A stretch of 64,000 nucleotides of DNA from Octopus vulgaris. Taxonomy: Eukaryota. Position numbers and translations under genes: made by a program. Location: NCBI GenBank assembly GCA_951406725.2, contig OX597839.1, positions 14,074,001 through 14,138,000 of the forward strand, given 5' to 3'. Shown here one piece after another: positions 14,401 to 30,004 of this stretch. The notes under the pieces are model-generated. The model searched no databases. It saw only the letters and a list, made by a program, of their open reading frames with translations, and was not told where the DNA came from. Each line of letters opens with the position of its first letter. Positions within the stretch are counted from its first letter, which is position 1.

Positions 14401-14826
14401 GCCCTGATGCAGTACCAGGCAGTGACTCTCATGGCTTCTGATCTTAACTGATTGGAAGTGTTATCATGTACATTGTTTTGTCTTGGTATAAAAGATGGGC
14501 TACAGCAAATATTCTGCTCAATACCACAGATTTGCTTGTCAGTTGTTTGACCTTAACTAGTTGAGCATGTCCCTTAGTGGCTGACGATATGTGCATCTTT
14601 GATCACGAGCAGAAGTAGTGGGGGAGCATCATAGCCGTGTGTTGAGAGGGATTCTTTGGGGTTTGAATAGCTCACCTCTGGAAACATGGGTGGTTCTTTC
14701 AACATCCTTAAACAACCTTTATTCAGGGACCTTTTGAGCGGGATGGGCTACTCAACCTGAAGAAAATTCTAACTGGGCCCCACCTGCAAGGTCATGTGCT
14801 GTTTATCTTGAACTGCTCTCTCACTC
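14398..14826 (+). mobile_element. Non-coding element inserted in (AAT)n; longer copy at 53973-54530(-)
   Basis: Both copies start AAATGCCCTGATGCAGTACCAGG and end CTCTCTCACTC, directly flanked by (AAT)n. Confidence 0.8.
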
Positions 14827-14876
<50 letters not shown>

Positions 14877-14888
14877 TAATAATAATAA

Positions 14889-14926
<38 letters not shown>

Positions 14927-14932
14927 TAATAC

Positions 14933-14986
<54 letters not shown>

Positions 14987-15085
14987 GGCTCTAGGTGCAC
15001 AGAAAACACTCGGCGAGAAATGGAAGAAAATTTGAAGAAAGAAGGAAAGAATAATAAAAAAAATAAAAATAAAAATAATAATGAA

Positions 15086-15117
<32 letters not shown>

Positions 15118-15118
15118 A

Positions 15119-15226
<108 letters not shown>

Positions 15227-15240
15227 TAATAATAATGATG

Positions 15241-15293
<53 letters not shown>

Positions 15294-15718
15294 CAGAAAT
15301 TTAAAGCTAGAAGGTTAAAAACAAAATGTAACTAAAAGCAAGATCATTCGAGTTCATCTTGTTAAACGGATATTAGACAAGATATCGACAATAAAACCAT
15401 TGCAATGAGCATCGGCTGTAAACTGCAGGAACGCGTCTCGTTGAGCAATGTCGATGACAAAAAATTACTTGTGTGCAAAGAAAAGTCCTCACAGTGAAGT
15501 TATTCATGTGTTAGTCACGTAGACAAATTTCCACTCCACAAAGAATTCTTTTATAACTAAATTGAAGTCTGTTGATTCTTTAATATCACCAAACTTGCAT
15601 TCGGCATTTTGTGGCCCTCCACTCAGTATGCCGTCTATTTCATTTTTCATTGGCGTTACATCATTTTTGCTCACTTCTCTTTCTGTGTTATTTTTTTTCT
15701 TCCTTCATTTTTTTCCTG

Positions 15719-15750
<32 letters not shown>

Positions 15751-15850
15751 TACTTTCTCTCTGTCTCCCGAGGCACCGAATGTCTATAGCAAACACACAT
15801 GTTATGTGTATGTGTGTGTGTATAGTGTTCGGGTTAAATACTTATATATG

Positions 15851-15887
<37 letters not shown>

Positions 15888-16536
15888 TTGTGGGGGTGTT
15901 TGTATGTATGTATGTATACATATGTGAAGGCGCGTGGCTTAGTAGTTAAGGCATTTGGCTCACGATTGTAAGGTCGTGAGTTCAATTCCCGGCGACGCGT
16001 TGTGTCCTTGGATATATATTCAATACACACTAGCTGAGTATCCTCGTTGCCTGATAATTTTCACAGTGTCTTGGACTGTATCACAGTATCTTTGATCTGA
16101 CATTCCTCAGATACACAAAATCTTCACAGTATCTTAACCCAAAAGTTAAATTTTCCTCGTTTTGAGGGGAATTTTTCAATTTTCTTTTTTCATGATACCT
16201 TTGCAAATTAAAGGAGGAAACATTTTATGTATAAAAATAAAAAAAGGGAAAAATTTTGAGGATCCATGAATCCCTTCACCCACCCCTCTTCTGGACCGAT
16301 TTTGTTCTTTTTTTATGTCTTTTACTTTTACACTATGCGCTTAAAAACCATAGAGAGATGTAAAGGAAACAAAATACATGATTACTCGCAGATTTGCGAG
16401 TAGGACGATTTTGGACAGTCTTTCTAATGACATTTTCGTCCCCGTGATGTTGATCTCGAACTGGTAATTTCTTTTCTTATTCTATTATATGGAAGGTGAA
16501 AAAAAAGTATCCTGAGGCAGGGTTTGAACTCAGAAT

Positions 16537-16593
<57 letters not shown>

Positions 16594-16763
16594 GGCGGAG
16601 AGAGGAAGTGAGAGTGAGTGTTGGGGGAGCGAGAAAGACAAACATACAGACAGACAGAGGGAGAGGAGAAAGAGAGTGTGTATGGGAGAGAATGTGAGTG
16701 AGTGAGTGTTAGGGAGTGTGTGTGAGAGAGTGTGAGAGAGTGTGTGTATGCGAGAGAGAGTAT

Positions 16764-16826
<63 letters not shown>

Positions 16827-17615
16827 CAACAACTTTTAAATTAATCATTTCCATTAGAAGAAATCAAGGAAATATTTTACTTTATGACAATAATGGAAAC
16901 TGAATTTTTAAAAGTATTCTTAAAATCTTTATACACAAACTCATTCTGTAATTTCTACATTATTGAGAAACTATTCATTTTAAATATCACACTAAAAGAA
17001 TTCGACAAATAAACCGAATTAAACTCAACGTGTCCGCACATACGTCATTATTGGCTTAAGCACCATGCAAGCTTTTCATCAATGGAATTCTGAAATGACT
17101 CGATAAATTGTTAAAAAATAATAATAATAAACCAACTTTTGGAACAATATACCGTTAACCTGCCTTCCTTTTGAATGAAGTTCTCAGAGATTATTTTGAA
17201 TAAACATTATCGGAGATGCAAGATCAAGTCATTTGATCTGACATTCCTCAGATACACAAAATTAGACACAACCTTTTAATGTAAGCAATTATATACAGTA
17301 TAAACATTTACACTCTCTTCTGATACTGCTCAGAAGTTGCTTTTCTGTGTTTGTTGGTGTTTCAGCACATTACATTTTATATGCTGTTACATAAAGTATA
17401 GTATTACATCTCACTCTCTTTTTCTCTTTCCGTGTTTACACACACATAGAGGTAGATAGATAAATATACAAGCATACGTATATACATGTGTATAATGTAT
17501 GTAAACGTACATTATATATATATACATACATACATTTATATGTGTGTGTGTGCGTGTGTATATTACAAGTGTCTACATAGATATATGTATATAAATATAT
17601 CTGTATATATTACAG

Positions 17616-18961
<1,346 letters not shown>

Positions 18962-19384
18962 AAGTCTCTCTAAAGGAGACTACAGCAGCGGTACTGGATA
19001 TTAATAGTTATCGCCAAGTTAAAATGGCAGTCCAGAAAAATAGGACGAATGCTGCCGTTCGAAGGTTATAATGGACACAGGTTCTTGTGTCACATAGCTA
19101 GCTAGAAGCGATGGCCTCTTGGAGCTAATCAACGGCAGCATTCGTCCTATTTTTCTGCCATGTTAGCTTGGCGATAACTATTAATATCTATCTATCTATC
19201 TATCTATCTTGGCGTCCTTGAAGTGTAGACGGCATTTTCTGTTGCTCCTTCGCCGTTCTAAAAAATAGCGTTCGTAACACTTTATCTCGTTCGGCTTAAC
19301 AGCCCTTCATGTCTTGTTATTCTCCTTGTCCTGTCTTTTACTGTTTATATTTTCTACTGTATGTTACTGTCCTGTTTTTCTTAC

Positions 19385-19735
19385 CATTTGTACCCCTCCG
19401 CAAAAAGATCTCAAATTTTATTTAATTTGCTTTTCGCGGGAAGGAAATTTTCTATCGAAGATGCGTATCGCCTTCATCTTCGAAACGCAGAGTAGATGAA
19501 ACCATGGCGACTGAAGAAGGGGAATGTTCCTTGTGTTATTTGTCCTGTACTCTATTTTTGTTGTTGTTGTTTAAGAAAAATGTCCAGTTCCTTGGTTTTG
19601 TGTTTATGTTTTCGTTTCTCATTGTGTTCGACGTTTTTTTGGTGTCCTGTACCCATATATGCATGTATATATACATGTAGAGGTAGGTAGTACACATATG
19701 TATGTATATATGCATATGTTTTATTTATTAATTTA
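19385..19735 (+). mobile_element. Dispersed ~350-bp repeat (family C); copies at 26690-27075(+), 34880-35135(+), 47900-48210(-), diverged 40865-41030(+)
   Basis: Shared CTGA(A/T)GAAGGGGAA..TTCCTTG...GTTTTCGTTTCTC...GTCCTGTAC...ACATGTAGATGTAGGTA; always next to TA/TATG microsatellite. Confidence 0.75.
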
Positions 19736-19737
19736 TA

Positions 19738-19774
<37 letters not shown>

Positions 19775-20260
19775 TTGTATACATACGAATAAATGTATAT
19801 GCATAAATATATGTAGATGTGAATGTGTATATGTATGTTTTGTACGTATGCATGTGTGTATGTACGTATGTATGTATGTGTAAACGTATAAACGTTTGTA
19901 TGTGTGTGTGTGTGTGTGAATATGTGTACATGTGCATATATGAGTGTGTAAATGTGTATATGTGTGTGTGTAAATGTGTATACATATTCCCACAGTGGGT
20001 TTTGTTTGAAGCCCCTTGAGCAGTAGTGTAGTAGGTGCTTGATTACTGTCGGTGCAAGAAGAGGTCATATTATTATTTTTGCTCACAGCTAAGGCCATCG
20101 ATTTAGCTTAAAAGAGAGAGAAAAGAACTGACGAATATGCCAACCATTTCCATCCAATACCGAGCCCTTTTGTCACTAATACTCCGGGGACCTCATTAAG
20201 GTAAGCTGGAGAAAATCGGCTAAGCTAGAGAAAATGTCAAAGTAGTAGTGGGGATCCCTA

Positions 20261-20678
20261 GGGATTTTTTCGGTTTGAACGGCAGTTTTTTCTAGCGGTG
20301 TCATATGAAATTGTCACCCATAATTATGACCCTAGTATCGATCTATTGCATTTCAATCTGTTTTAGGGTTTAGGGTTACGGGTGGGGGGAAGGGTATCTT
20401 TTTTTTCTTCACAAACGCAAATAAAGCCAATCTGTTTCTTAAACGAGGGACATATTCATACGGCACAGAATGTTTTTTAACTCAATGGACATCATTGATT
20501 GGTTGAAATTGCAGAAATTGAAGAAAAAAACAACAAATATGTTACAAACTATGGAATTTTCTCAATAAAGCCAAGAGAAAAATGTTTTATAAACACATTC
20601 TACCAGTATACGAAGTTTAAAAGTGTTTAGTTACGTGGAAATTATTTTAAAAAACTGCCGTTCAAACCGAAAGATCCC
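20261..20678. mobile_element. Full copy of the GGGATC-TIR MITE
   Basis: Both TIRs present; internal TTAGGGTTTAGGGTT. Confidence 0.85.
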
Positions 20679-22142
20679 GATTGCCCCCTCCCCCAAAATT
20701 TCGAGCCTTGTGTCTAGAGTAGAAACGAATAATGGAAGAGAACCTAGCTGTGGCAGCCATTAAGGGGCAAGTAATAACAGTAGCTGTAGAAGAAAGAAGA
20801 AGAAAAAGCCCGTTAAAATGAAAAGAGAAAAGAAAAACCGATATAGTGTTATAGAGTTCAATGCTTCAATTATCTGGTTTCAGATTATGTCAGGGTCATA
20901 AGTTATATATGAGTATCAATGTCTTCTGTTACAGATATTCAAGGGAAAATATATTTGGAACGCAGCTAGCAATCAGTCAGTCGCTACATTATCATCAGAC
21001 TACTGCTGTAACTCTGTTGCAATAATACTGTAATACGACTGCTACGCTGCTGCCATGATCTGTCCGTCCACTTGCCCAACACGTGCTAACCTGTTGCTAC
21101 CCAACTGCTGTTATACTGCTGAGCTATCGATACTCTGCTGTCTTTCAACAATTAAATAAGCTTTCACTGTGCAACAAGTCCGCTTATTCTATTGTATCTA
21201 CTGCAGGTTTACGTTGACGAACATGGATTGGGGATATGACGAAGAGAGAGAGAGAGAGAGAGAAAGGCTGTATCTACTGCAGGTTACATTGACGAACATG
21301 GATTGAGGATGTGACGGAGGGAGAGAGGGGAAGAGAGTGAGAAAGGGAAGAGAGGAGGAAGGGGAGTTAAAACAGAGGTTGTTGAGAGAGATAAAAAGAA
21401 TGAGAGGAAAAAAGAGAAAAGTGAGGGAAGGATGTTGAAGGTGGGGGGAGAACGAAAGAAAATAAGAGAATATGGATGGTTGAGAGAAAAGAGAAGGAAG
21501 AGAATTGGATTATCAAATAAATTCGCTCGTTTGTCGTGTTGTTTACCTCAATAGACGTTATTGATTGGTTGAAATTGCAGAAATTGAAGGAAAAAAACAA
21601 CAAATATCTTACAAACTATAGAATTTTCTCAATAAAGCCAAGAGAAAAGATGTTTTATAAACACATTCTACCAGTATACGAAGTTTAAAATTTTTTAGTT
21701 ACCTAGAAATTATATTAAAAACTGCCGTTCAAACCGAAAAGATCCAGGATTTGAAATGAAATAACAGAAAAAGATAGGGGAAAAAGCGAATGAATTTATC
21801 TAACAAATAATTATAAAAGAAAGGAAGAAAGACTGAATGAATGAGTGATGGAGTAAGAGAAAAGATGAGAAGGTAATATGTAATAGAGGGTAAGAAGAAA
21901 AAAGAGGAAGTGTTGTTGCAGAACGAAAGCGTTAAATAGTGACTTGAGATGCAGAATGAGAAAGATACGAGGGAAAGAGAAACAAAGAGAGGAAAGAGAG
22001 AAAGAGATAGTGAAGAAAAAATACGAATGATAGCGTACAGAGGAATACAAGAGAAGTTAAGGCATTCATTCTTTTCCGTTCGTAAAAGATTCGGAAGTTT
22101 TGATGTATTTGTGGCACTTGGTTGCTTAAAAACTGATCACGT

Positions 22143-22175
<33 letters not shown>

Positions 22176-22305
22176 ACGCCGCCTCCCCTTTAATTTTCCA
22201 TCTCTCTTCCATACATTCTTCCTACTATCCATTATCAAATTAAAGCGTATTCTAGTGCATCTATATTTATCGATAATTTGCTGAACACGCATGCGTGTGT
22301 GTATG

Positions 22306-22367
<62 letters not shown>

Positions 22368-22443
22368 TGTATATGTACCTATGTATATTTATATATATAT
22401 ATATGTATATGTACCTATGTATATGTACCTATGTATATGTACC

Positions 22444-22493
<50 letters not shown>

Positions 22494-22505
22494 TGTATAT
22501 GTACC

Positions 22506-22536
<31 letters not shown>

Positions 22537-22537
22537 G

Positions 22538-22714
22538 ATAGATCGTTAGCCACGACACATTTTTTTCTCTCCTTGTTTTTTTCTGTGTCCCTTTCTGTAG
22601 AAGAGCGTAGGCTCGAAACGTAAAAGACGTTTTCTATTTCTGAGCGTTATTCTAATACATCTGTTTGTTTTGTACACCACCTGTCTTCGTCTTTTGTTTT
22701 TTTTCGTAAACTTT

Positions 22715-22718
<4 letters not shown>
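22538..22718 (+). mobile_element. ~180-bp hammerhead-like mini element (family A); other copies at 2840-3030(-), 48415-48560(+), 61787-61985(-), partial 47390-47460(-)
   Basis: Repeated sequence embedded in microsatellites with CTTT-CTGTAGA-A-GAGC gtag GCTC-GAAA-CG-TA-AAAG (22591-22626). Confidence 0.7.
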
Positions 22719-22800
<82 letters not shown>

Positions 22801-22801
22801 G

Positions 22802-22834
<33 letters not shown>

Positions 22835-22843
22835 GTATGTATG

Positions 22844-22879
<36 letters not shown>

Positions 22880-22980
22880 TATATACCTATACATATGTGG
22901 GTATACATATGTATACATTCATACACATAGATATAAAGATTCATATCTATATATGCATGTTTGCATGCATACAAATATTA

Positions 22981-23019
<39 letters not shown>

Positions 23020-23020
23020 G

Positions 23021-23054
<34 letters not shown>

Positions 23055-23204
23055 TTTAAGAAAAGGAGATGTCGAACACGAGTGGTGATATATAAAAAAG
23101 GAAATGAAGAAAATGCTGACAAATAATTGAAGTAATTTAAGTAATTTCACCTAATTAAATTACTTAAATTACTTCAATTATTTGTCAGCATTTTCTTCAT
23201 TTCC

Positions 23205-23300
<96 letters not shown>

Positions 23301-23305
23301 TATAC

Positions 23306-23341
<36 letters not shown>

Positions 23342-23513
23342 GGAGATGTACTCGCATAGCAAGTAATTTGATCTGAGATCGTGTGCTGAAACGAAAACAA
23401 TTGCAGCGTGGAAGGTGTTTATAAGCCATTTAAGAAACACAAATGTTGAAGTGAATCGAACGGCTTTTGTGTGTTTCTTAAATGGCTTATAAACACCTTC
23501 CACGCTGCAATTG

Positions 23514-23553
<40 letters not shown>

Positions 23554-23640
23554 TGTATGCATGCAAACATGCATATATAGATATGAATCTATATATCTAT
23601 GTGTGTATGAATGTATACATATATATACCCACATATGCGT

Positions 23641-23755
<115 letters not shown>

Positions 23756-23772
23756 TATATATATATACATAC

Positions 23773-23809
<37 letters not shown>

Positions 23810-24170
23810 TCTCTCTCTTTTACTCTTTTACTTGTTTCAGTCATTTTGACTGCGGCCATGCTGGAGCACCGCCTTTAGTACTTATTCTATCGGTCTCTTT
23901 TGCCGAACCGCTAAGTAACGGGGACATAAGCACACCAGCATCGGTTGTCAAGCAATGCTAGGGGGACAAACACAAACACACACACACACATACATATATA
24001 TACATATATACGACAGGCTTCTTTCAGTTTCCGTCTACCAAATCCACTCACAAGGCATTGGTCGGCCCGGGGCTATGGCAAAAGACACTTGCCCAAGATG
24101 CCACGCAGTGGGACTGAACCCGGAACCATGTGGTTGGTTAGCAAGCTACTTACCACACAGCCACTCCTGG

Positions 24171-24208
<38 letters not shown>

Positions 24209-24553
24209 ATGGATGTGCGTGTGTGTCTGTGTTAGTGTATGTATACTCTTTTACTTGTTTCAGTCATTTGACTGCGGCCATGCTGGAGCACCGGCTTTAG
24301 TCGAACAAATCGCCCCCCCCCCCCCGCCAGAACTTATTCTTTGTAAGCCTAGTACTTATTCCATTGGTCATTTTTGCCGAACCTTCTAAGTTACGTTCTG
24401 AGTTCAAATTCCGCCGAGGTCGACTTTGCCTTTCATCCTTTCGGGGTCGATAAATTAAGTACCAGTTACGCACTGGGATCGATGTAATCGACTTAATCCG
24501 TTTGTCTGTCCTTGTTTGTCCCCTCTGTGTTTAGCCCCTTGTGGGTAGTAAAG

Positions 24554-24611
<58 letters not shown>

Positions 24612-25301
24612 GTATATATAAGTACAAAATGGGACAAGAACGCAAAACATTCAAATAGACGATACAAAAACCTGGACGGGTCATTCGAAGCCTCTAATCT
24701 TCAGTCAAGAATCGGATCATCCTCGCAATTTCGGCTGATTAATCTTGAGATTGCTCCGATCTGGCCAGCCCCAAGGAAAAAGTAAGCTACGAGCATTAGA
24801 TTTCTTGGAAAAAGGATTGAATTTATACGAAACAAGGACAGAAAAACGGACAATGTTACACGAATATAAATACAAAGAACAAAAATATAATACGAATATA
24901 AATACAAAAAACAATAATAATAATAATAATAACAGGACATAACAACAGGCATCTTTCGACTTAGACGAATTGAACTCAACTGGCGTATTTGAAAAATAAT
25001 GACGGGCTTCTTTCAGTTTCCGTGTACCAAATCTATACAAAAGCTTGTGCGCTGTAAGTCCAATGCGAGAAAGCGAGAAAGATATTAGTCCCCAAATCAA
25101 ATCCTTACTGACATGTTATATCTTTTTAATGAAAATAAGTATCTAGTTGAGGACCCTTTGATATAAAACGTCCGACTGAAACCGTTTCCGGTCATCCCGC
25201 TCTTGCTTATCACTCGATGTCAATACTTCGAGGGAGGCGCTTTTTTTTCTGTTTTTTGTCGAATAAGCAGACGACTGAATAATCCAATAATGTAAACATA
25301 C

Positions 25302-25348
25302 CTCGTTAATTAGATGGCTGGAGTCTGGTGGAACAATAATCATATCAT
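25302..25348 (-). CDS. Candidate 47-nt internal exon ((D)DMIIVPPDSSHLINE)
   Basis: Acceptor ctatgtattcacgtag| and strong donor GAG|GTATGT bound an open frame in non-repetitive sequence. No recognisable homology. Confidence 0.3.
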
Positions 25349-25501
25349 CTACGTGAATACATAGATACAGGCATAAACGGGCGCGTATTTATACAAGTGT
25401 ATCAAGATATGCACACACGTACGTACGTATGTATGTATATGTGTGTGTGTATGTATGTATGTATGTATGTATGTATGTATGTATGTATGTATGTATGTAT
25501 G

Positions 25502-25544
<43 letters not shown>

Positions 25545-25708
25545 GGCTGTGTGATAAGTAACTTGCATACGAACCACATTGTTCCGGGTTCAGTCCCACT
25601 GCGTGGAACCTTGGGCAAGTGTCTTCTACTATAGCCTCGGGCCGACCAAAGCCTTGTGAGTGGATTTGGTAGACGGAAACTGAAAGAAGCCCGTCGTATA
25701 TATATGTA

Positions 25709-25804
<96 letters not shown>

Positions 25805-26159
25805 TGTGTCTGTGTTTGTCCCCTCCCCACGTCCCCGTAATATAGCGGTTCGGCAAAAGACACCGATAAAATAAGTACTAGGCTTGCAAAGAATAAGTCC
25901 TGGGGTCGATTTGCTCAACTAAAGGCGGAGCTCCAACATGGCCACAGTCACATGATTGAAACAAGTAAAAGGGTATATATGATGTAAAACATTAACCCTC
26001 CGTTAATGTTTACATCTTGACCCAAGACACAAACAGTAACCATATATATATTTTTTTACTTGTTTCAGTCATTTGACTGCGGCCATGCTGGAGCACAGCC
26101 TTTAGTCGAACAAATCGACCCCAGGACTTATTCTTTGTAAGCCGAGTACTTATTCTACA

Positions 26160-26620
26160 ATGTAACCACGTGTGTATTGTTGGCAATTTTCTTCCCCGTC
26201 TTCCCTTCCTTTGGACTTTCCCCTATTTCTGAAGAAGAGCTTTGCTCGTAACATTAAATCCTCTTTCTTCTCCTGAGCGTCTGATAATACAGTACTTGTA
26301 CCACGTCCTCGCGTTATTGTCTTTTCTTCTTTGTTTGGATTCACTATATATATATATACTTGTTCTGATACACCTCCGAATGGGGAACAATTCTTAAATA
26401 GATTTCCCCCAAAATTCCTGTCCTCGGAATCTACATGGCCCGAGGTAAAATGTGACCGCGTGTGTACCGTTGGCGATTATTTTTCCTCCACCTTCCCTTC
26501 TTTGGATCTTTCCTTTTCCTATGTTTATGACGAAGAGCACTGCTCGAAACGTTAAACCCTCCTTCTTTCCTTCTTTCCTGAGCGTCCAATAATACTATAT
26601 TTGTTCCACGTCCTCTCGTT
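26160..26620 (+). mobile_element. Two adjacent hammerhead-like mini elements (family B)
   Basis: Cores at 26225-26259 (ATTT-CTGAAGA-A-GAGC ttt GCTC-GTAA-CATT-AAAT) and 26523-26557 (GTTT-ATGACGA-A-GAGC act GCTC-GAAA-CGTT-AAAC); both share the downstream CTGAGCGT motif with family A. Confidence 0.65.
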
Positions 26621-27075
26621 GTTGTGTTTTCTCATTGTGTTTTCATGTTTGGATAAACTATACATATATATTTTATTTTCTTGCTTGTTTTTACCCCTCT
26701 GCGAGGTAATTTATTTTAATTCTCTCGCAGGAAGGATTAGTTTGGCGAGTCGTGTTCTGTCTTGCATACGAAACACGCTAGAGTCGAACTAGTGACAGCT
26801 GATGAAGGGGATTTTTCCTTGTGTAGTATGTCCTGTACTCTGTTTTTCTGTTGTAAAAAAATGTTTTTTCCGTTTTCGTTTCTCGTTGAGTTCTACGTCT
26901 CTGTTTTTCTGTTGTAAAAAATGGTTTTTCCGTTTTCGTTTCTCGTTGAGTTCTACGTCTAGTTGTGGTGTCCTGTACTCACGTATATATATATATTTAT
27001 ATATGCATTTATATATACATGTAGATGTAGGTACGTACATATATGTTTGTATGTATGCATATATTTTATTTATTA

Positions 27076-27133
<58 letters not shown>

Positions 27134-27737
27134 ATCTATATAATTATAGATGTTCGTTTCGTATATATACGTGTATGCATATGTGCATTAAAAAGTATAT
27201 GCGTATGTCTATAAACAGAGTATATACAAAAAATTTAATACGCAAGTAATTAGGCAAGAACGGAAATTGGCTCAGCTGGACTATGCACACATGCTCGCAT
27301 AGCACACACGCTCTCTCTCTCCCTCACACACACACACACACACGCACGCACACATATTCGTATAAGCATACATGCATATGTGGAGTGGAAGCACTCCGTC
27401 GGTTACGACGACGAGGGTTCCGGTTGATCCGATCAACGGAACAGCCTGCTCGTGAAATTAACGTGTAAGTGGCTGAGCACTCCACAAAGATGTGTACCCT
27501 TAACGTAGTTCTCGGGGATATTCAGCGTGACTCAGAGAGTGACAAGGCCGGCCCTTTGAAATACAGGTACAACATCCCTGCCGGAGCCTCGTGGAGCTTT
27601 AGGTGTTTCGCTCAATAAACACTCACAACGCCCGGTCTGGGAATCGAAACCGCGATCCAACGACCGCGAGTCCGCTGCCCTAACCACTGGGCCATTGCGC
27701 CTCCACACATGCAGATGTATACTTGTATACGTACATT

Positions 27738-27940
27738 GACAAGGGAGTGCTTTGGGTAAAAGAAAATACAGGACAATCAGTTAATTATGATTTTATTCAA
27801 CATATTCCTCGCTCAGATTCGCACACTTATTGCAGCGGTCCTTCAGTTTTTCTAAGCCCTGTAAAAGTACTCGGAAGGTTGGGCCACCAAATAGGCCTTT
27901 CGCGGTATCCTTAAAACCAGGAGTTCAGCACGCCCTCGTA
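27738..27940. mobile_element. Possible mariner-derived MITE remnant
   Basis: Right end reads TACGAGGGCGTGCTGAA on the minus strand (mariner-like TIR); left end is degenerate (ACAAGGGAGTGCT). Confidence 0.4.
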
Positions 27941-29149
27941 TCTGTAACCACTCGCTGAAATATTTTTCTCCTCAAGTTTTAAATTAGAGTTTCTTCTTCC
28001 GAGAAGAATTACCTTCACCCACGGTTTTGTCAAAAACAATAGGAGCCCCTGTGTGTGTGTGTGTATGTTCGAATTATTCCAATATATCTGATGTGCCAAA
28101 CAATCGGAACAACTTTCCTAACAGAGTGGCTCTGTGGTAAAAAGCTTGCCTACCAACCACATGGTTCCGGGTTCAGTCCCACTGCGTGGCACATTGGGCA
28201 AGTGTCTTCCACTATAGCCTCGGGTCGACCAAAGCCTTGGGAGTGGATTTGGTAGACGGAAACTGAAAGAAGCCCGTCGTATATATGTATATATATATGT
28301 GTGTGTGTGTATGTTTGTGTGTGTTTCAGTGTGTGCGCGTGTGTGTCTATATGTGTTTGTGTCTGTGTTTGTCCCCCCACCGGCGCTCGACAACCGATGC
28401 CGGTGTGTTTACGTCCCCGTAAACATACATACATACATGCATACATGCATATATATATATATATATACGATGGGCTTCTTGTAGTTTCCGTCTGCCAAAT
28501 CCACTCACAAAGGTTTGGTCGGCCCGAGGTTATAGTAGAAGACACATGCCCGAAGTGCCACGCAGTGGGACTGAACCCGGGACCATGTGTTTGGGAAGCA
28601 AGCTTCTTACCTCACAGCCACTCCTGCGCCTACATATACGTGTGTGTGTGTGTGTGTGTGTGTGTGATCATCATCATCATCATCATCATTTTACGTGCTA
28701 TTTTCGATGCTAGCATGGGTTGGACGGTTTGGTATGACCTGACGAGCCAGAGAGCTTTGACATATTCAACGTCTGTTTTTGCATGGCTTCTGCAGCGGGA
28801 TGCCCTTCCAAACACCAACGGCTTAAAGTTTATTGGGGACTTTCTACGTGGGTGACTCCACCGTTGCTTTCCATCCTATCAAATTGTCCGAAATTCGCTT
28901 CGCTAGCGAGTTCATTGTCCCCCCCAACATCCCAGCCAATGCGGCTTTCCTTGTGCTAGAGACTGCTTAATCTTTTAGCATTTAAACTGGCCATATCCGG
29001 TTCAAAATATTCAACCTCCTTTATGCCCAAACCAGCCAAATCTGGTCTCGAATACATACCATATCGTGTCATTTTAAAAATTATAAAACTCTTTTACTTG
29101 TTATGGGCGATAGAATCCACCGCAGACCAGCAGAGGTCGCCAGTGGTGT

Positions 29150-29500
29150 TAGCCAAAGTAGTCTTGGACCTACTTTTCTTTAGCAGTACTGAAGCATTGA
29201 TATACAGCGCTCAAAAGCTATGGGGACTAATTACACCAAGTTCCAAATAGATAAGAGTAACGAATCGTCCCTTTATGAGATGTGTGGCAGCAGAAATGAA
29301 TCAATCTTACATATTGTGAGTGAGTGTAGCAAGCTGGCCCAAAAGCACCACAAAAGGAGGCACGATAGAGTGGCTAAGTTCGTCCACTAGAGGCTATGTG
29401 AAAAGTACGACCTGTAAGAGCACGGAAATGGTACGAAGGAGTCACCGAGAACAAGGAATATAAAACACTGTGGGGTTTTACAATCCAATGTGACTCCTTA
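29150..29500 (+). mobile_element. Degraded R4/Dong-like non-LTR retrotransposon (CCHC zinc knuckle + RHD)
   Basis: TEALIYSAQ...MCGSRNESILHIVSECSKLAQKHHKRRHDRVAKFVH*RLCEKY with stops and frameshifts. Confidence 0.75.
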
Positions 29501-30004
29501 ATCTATGTTCTGTTGGGGACGGCAAGATTTTGTGACTGGTACTTGGATGTTGAATGTCTTCCACGATAATTAAAACTTATAAGGTATAGAAAGAGACCGT
29601 ATGAGACCTCAGACAACAGGCTGCTGTCCGCTCTTACATGTATATGTAATCGTGGAGGCACATGGCCTAGTGGTTAGAGCAGCGAACTCGCAGTCGAGGG
29701 ATCGCGGGTTCGAATCTCAGACCGGGCGGTGTGTGTGTTTATGAGCGAAACACCTAGGCAGAGGGTAGTGGCGAGCTTTTGCTGACTCTTTCGCCACAAC
29801 TTTCTCTCACTCTTTCCTCCTGTATCTTGCAGCTCACCTGCGACGGACCGGCGTCCCGTCCACGTGGGAATACGCAAGGAAACCGGGAAACCGGCTCTTA
29901 TGAGTCAGGGATGGCTCAAGAAGGAATAAATCTACCAGAACAAACAAGTGATCTGAGAAGTAAAACAAGAACAACAATAATAATAACAACAATGATAATA
30001 ATAA

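Noticed and set aside
16386-16481. Candidate 96-nt minus-strand exon NKKRNYQFEINITGTKMSLERLSKIVLLANLR
   Set aside because: The acceptor and 5' part align with a decayed family-3 SINE and the donor (GA|GTAATC) is weak. Not supportable without RNA data.
19495-19540. Intact hammerhead in family C repeats
   Set aside because: CTGANGA and a stem follow, but GAAA and stem III are missing in the copies seen; at most a decayed core.
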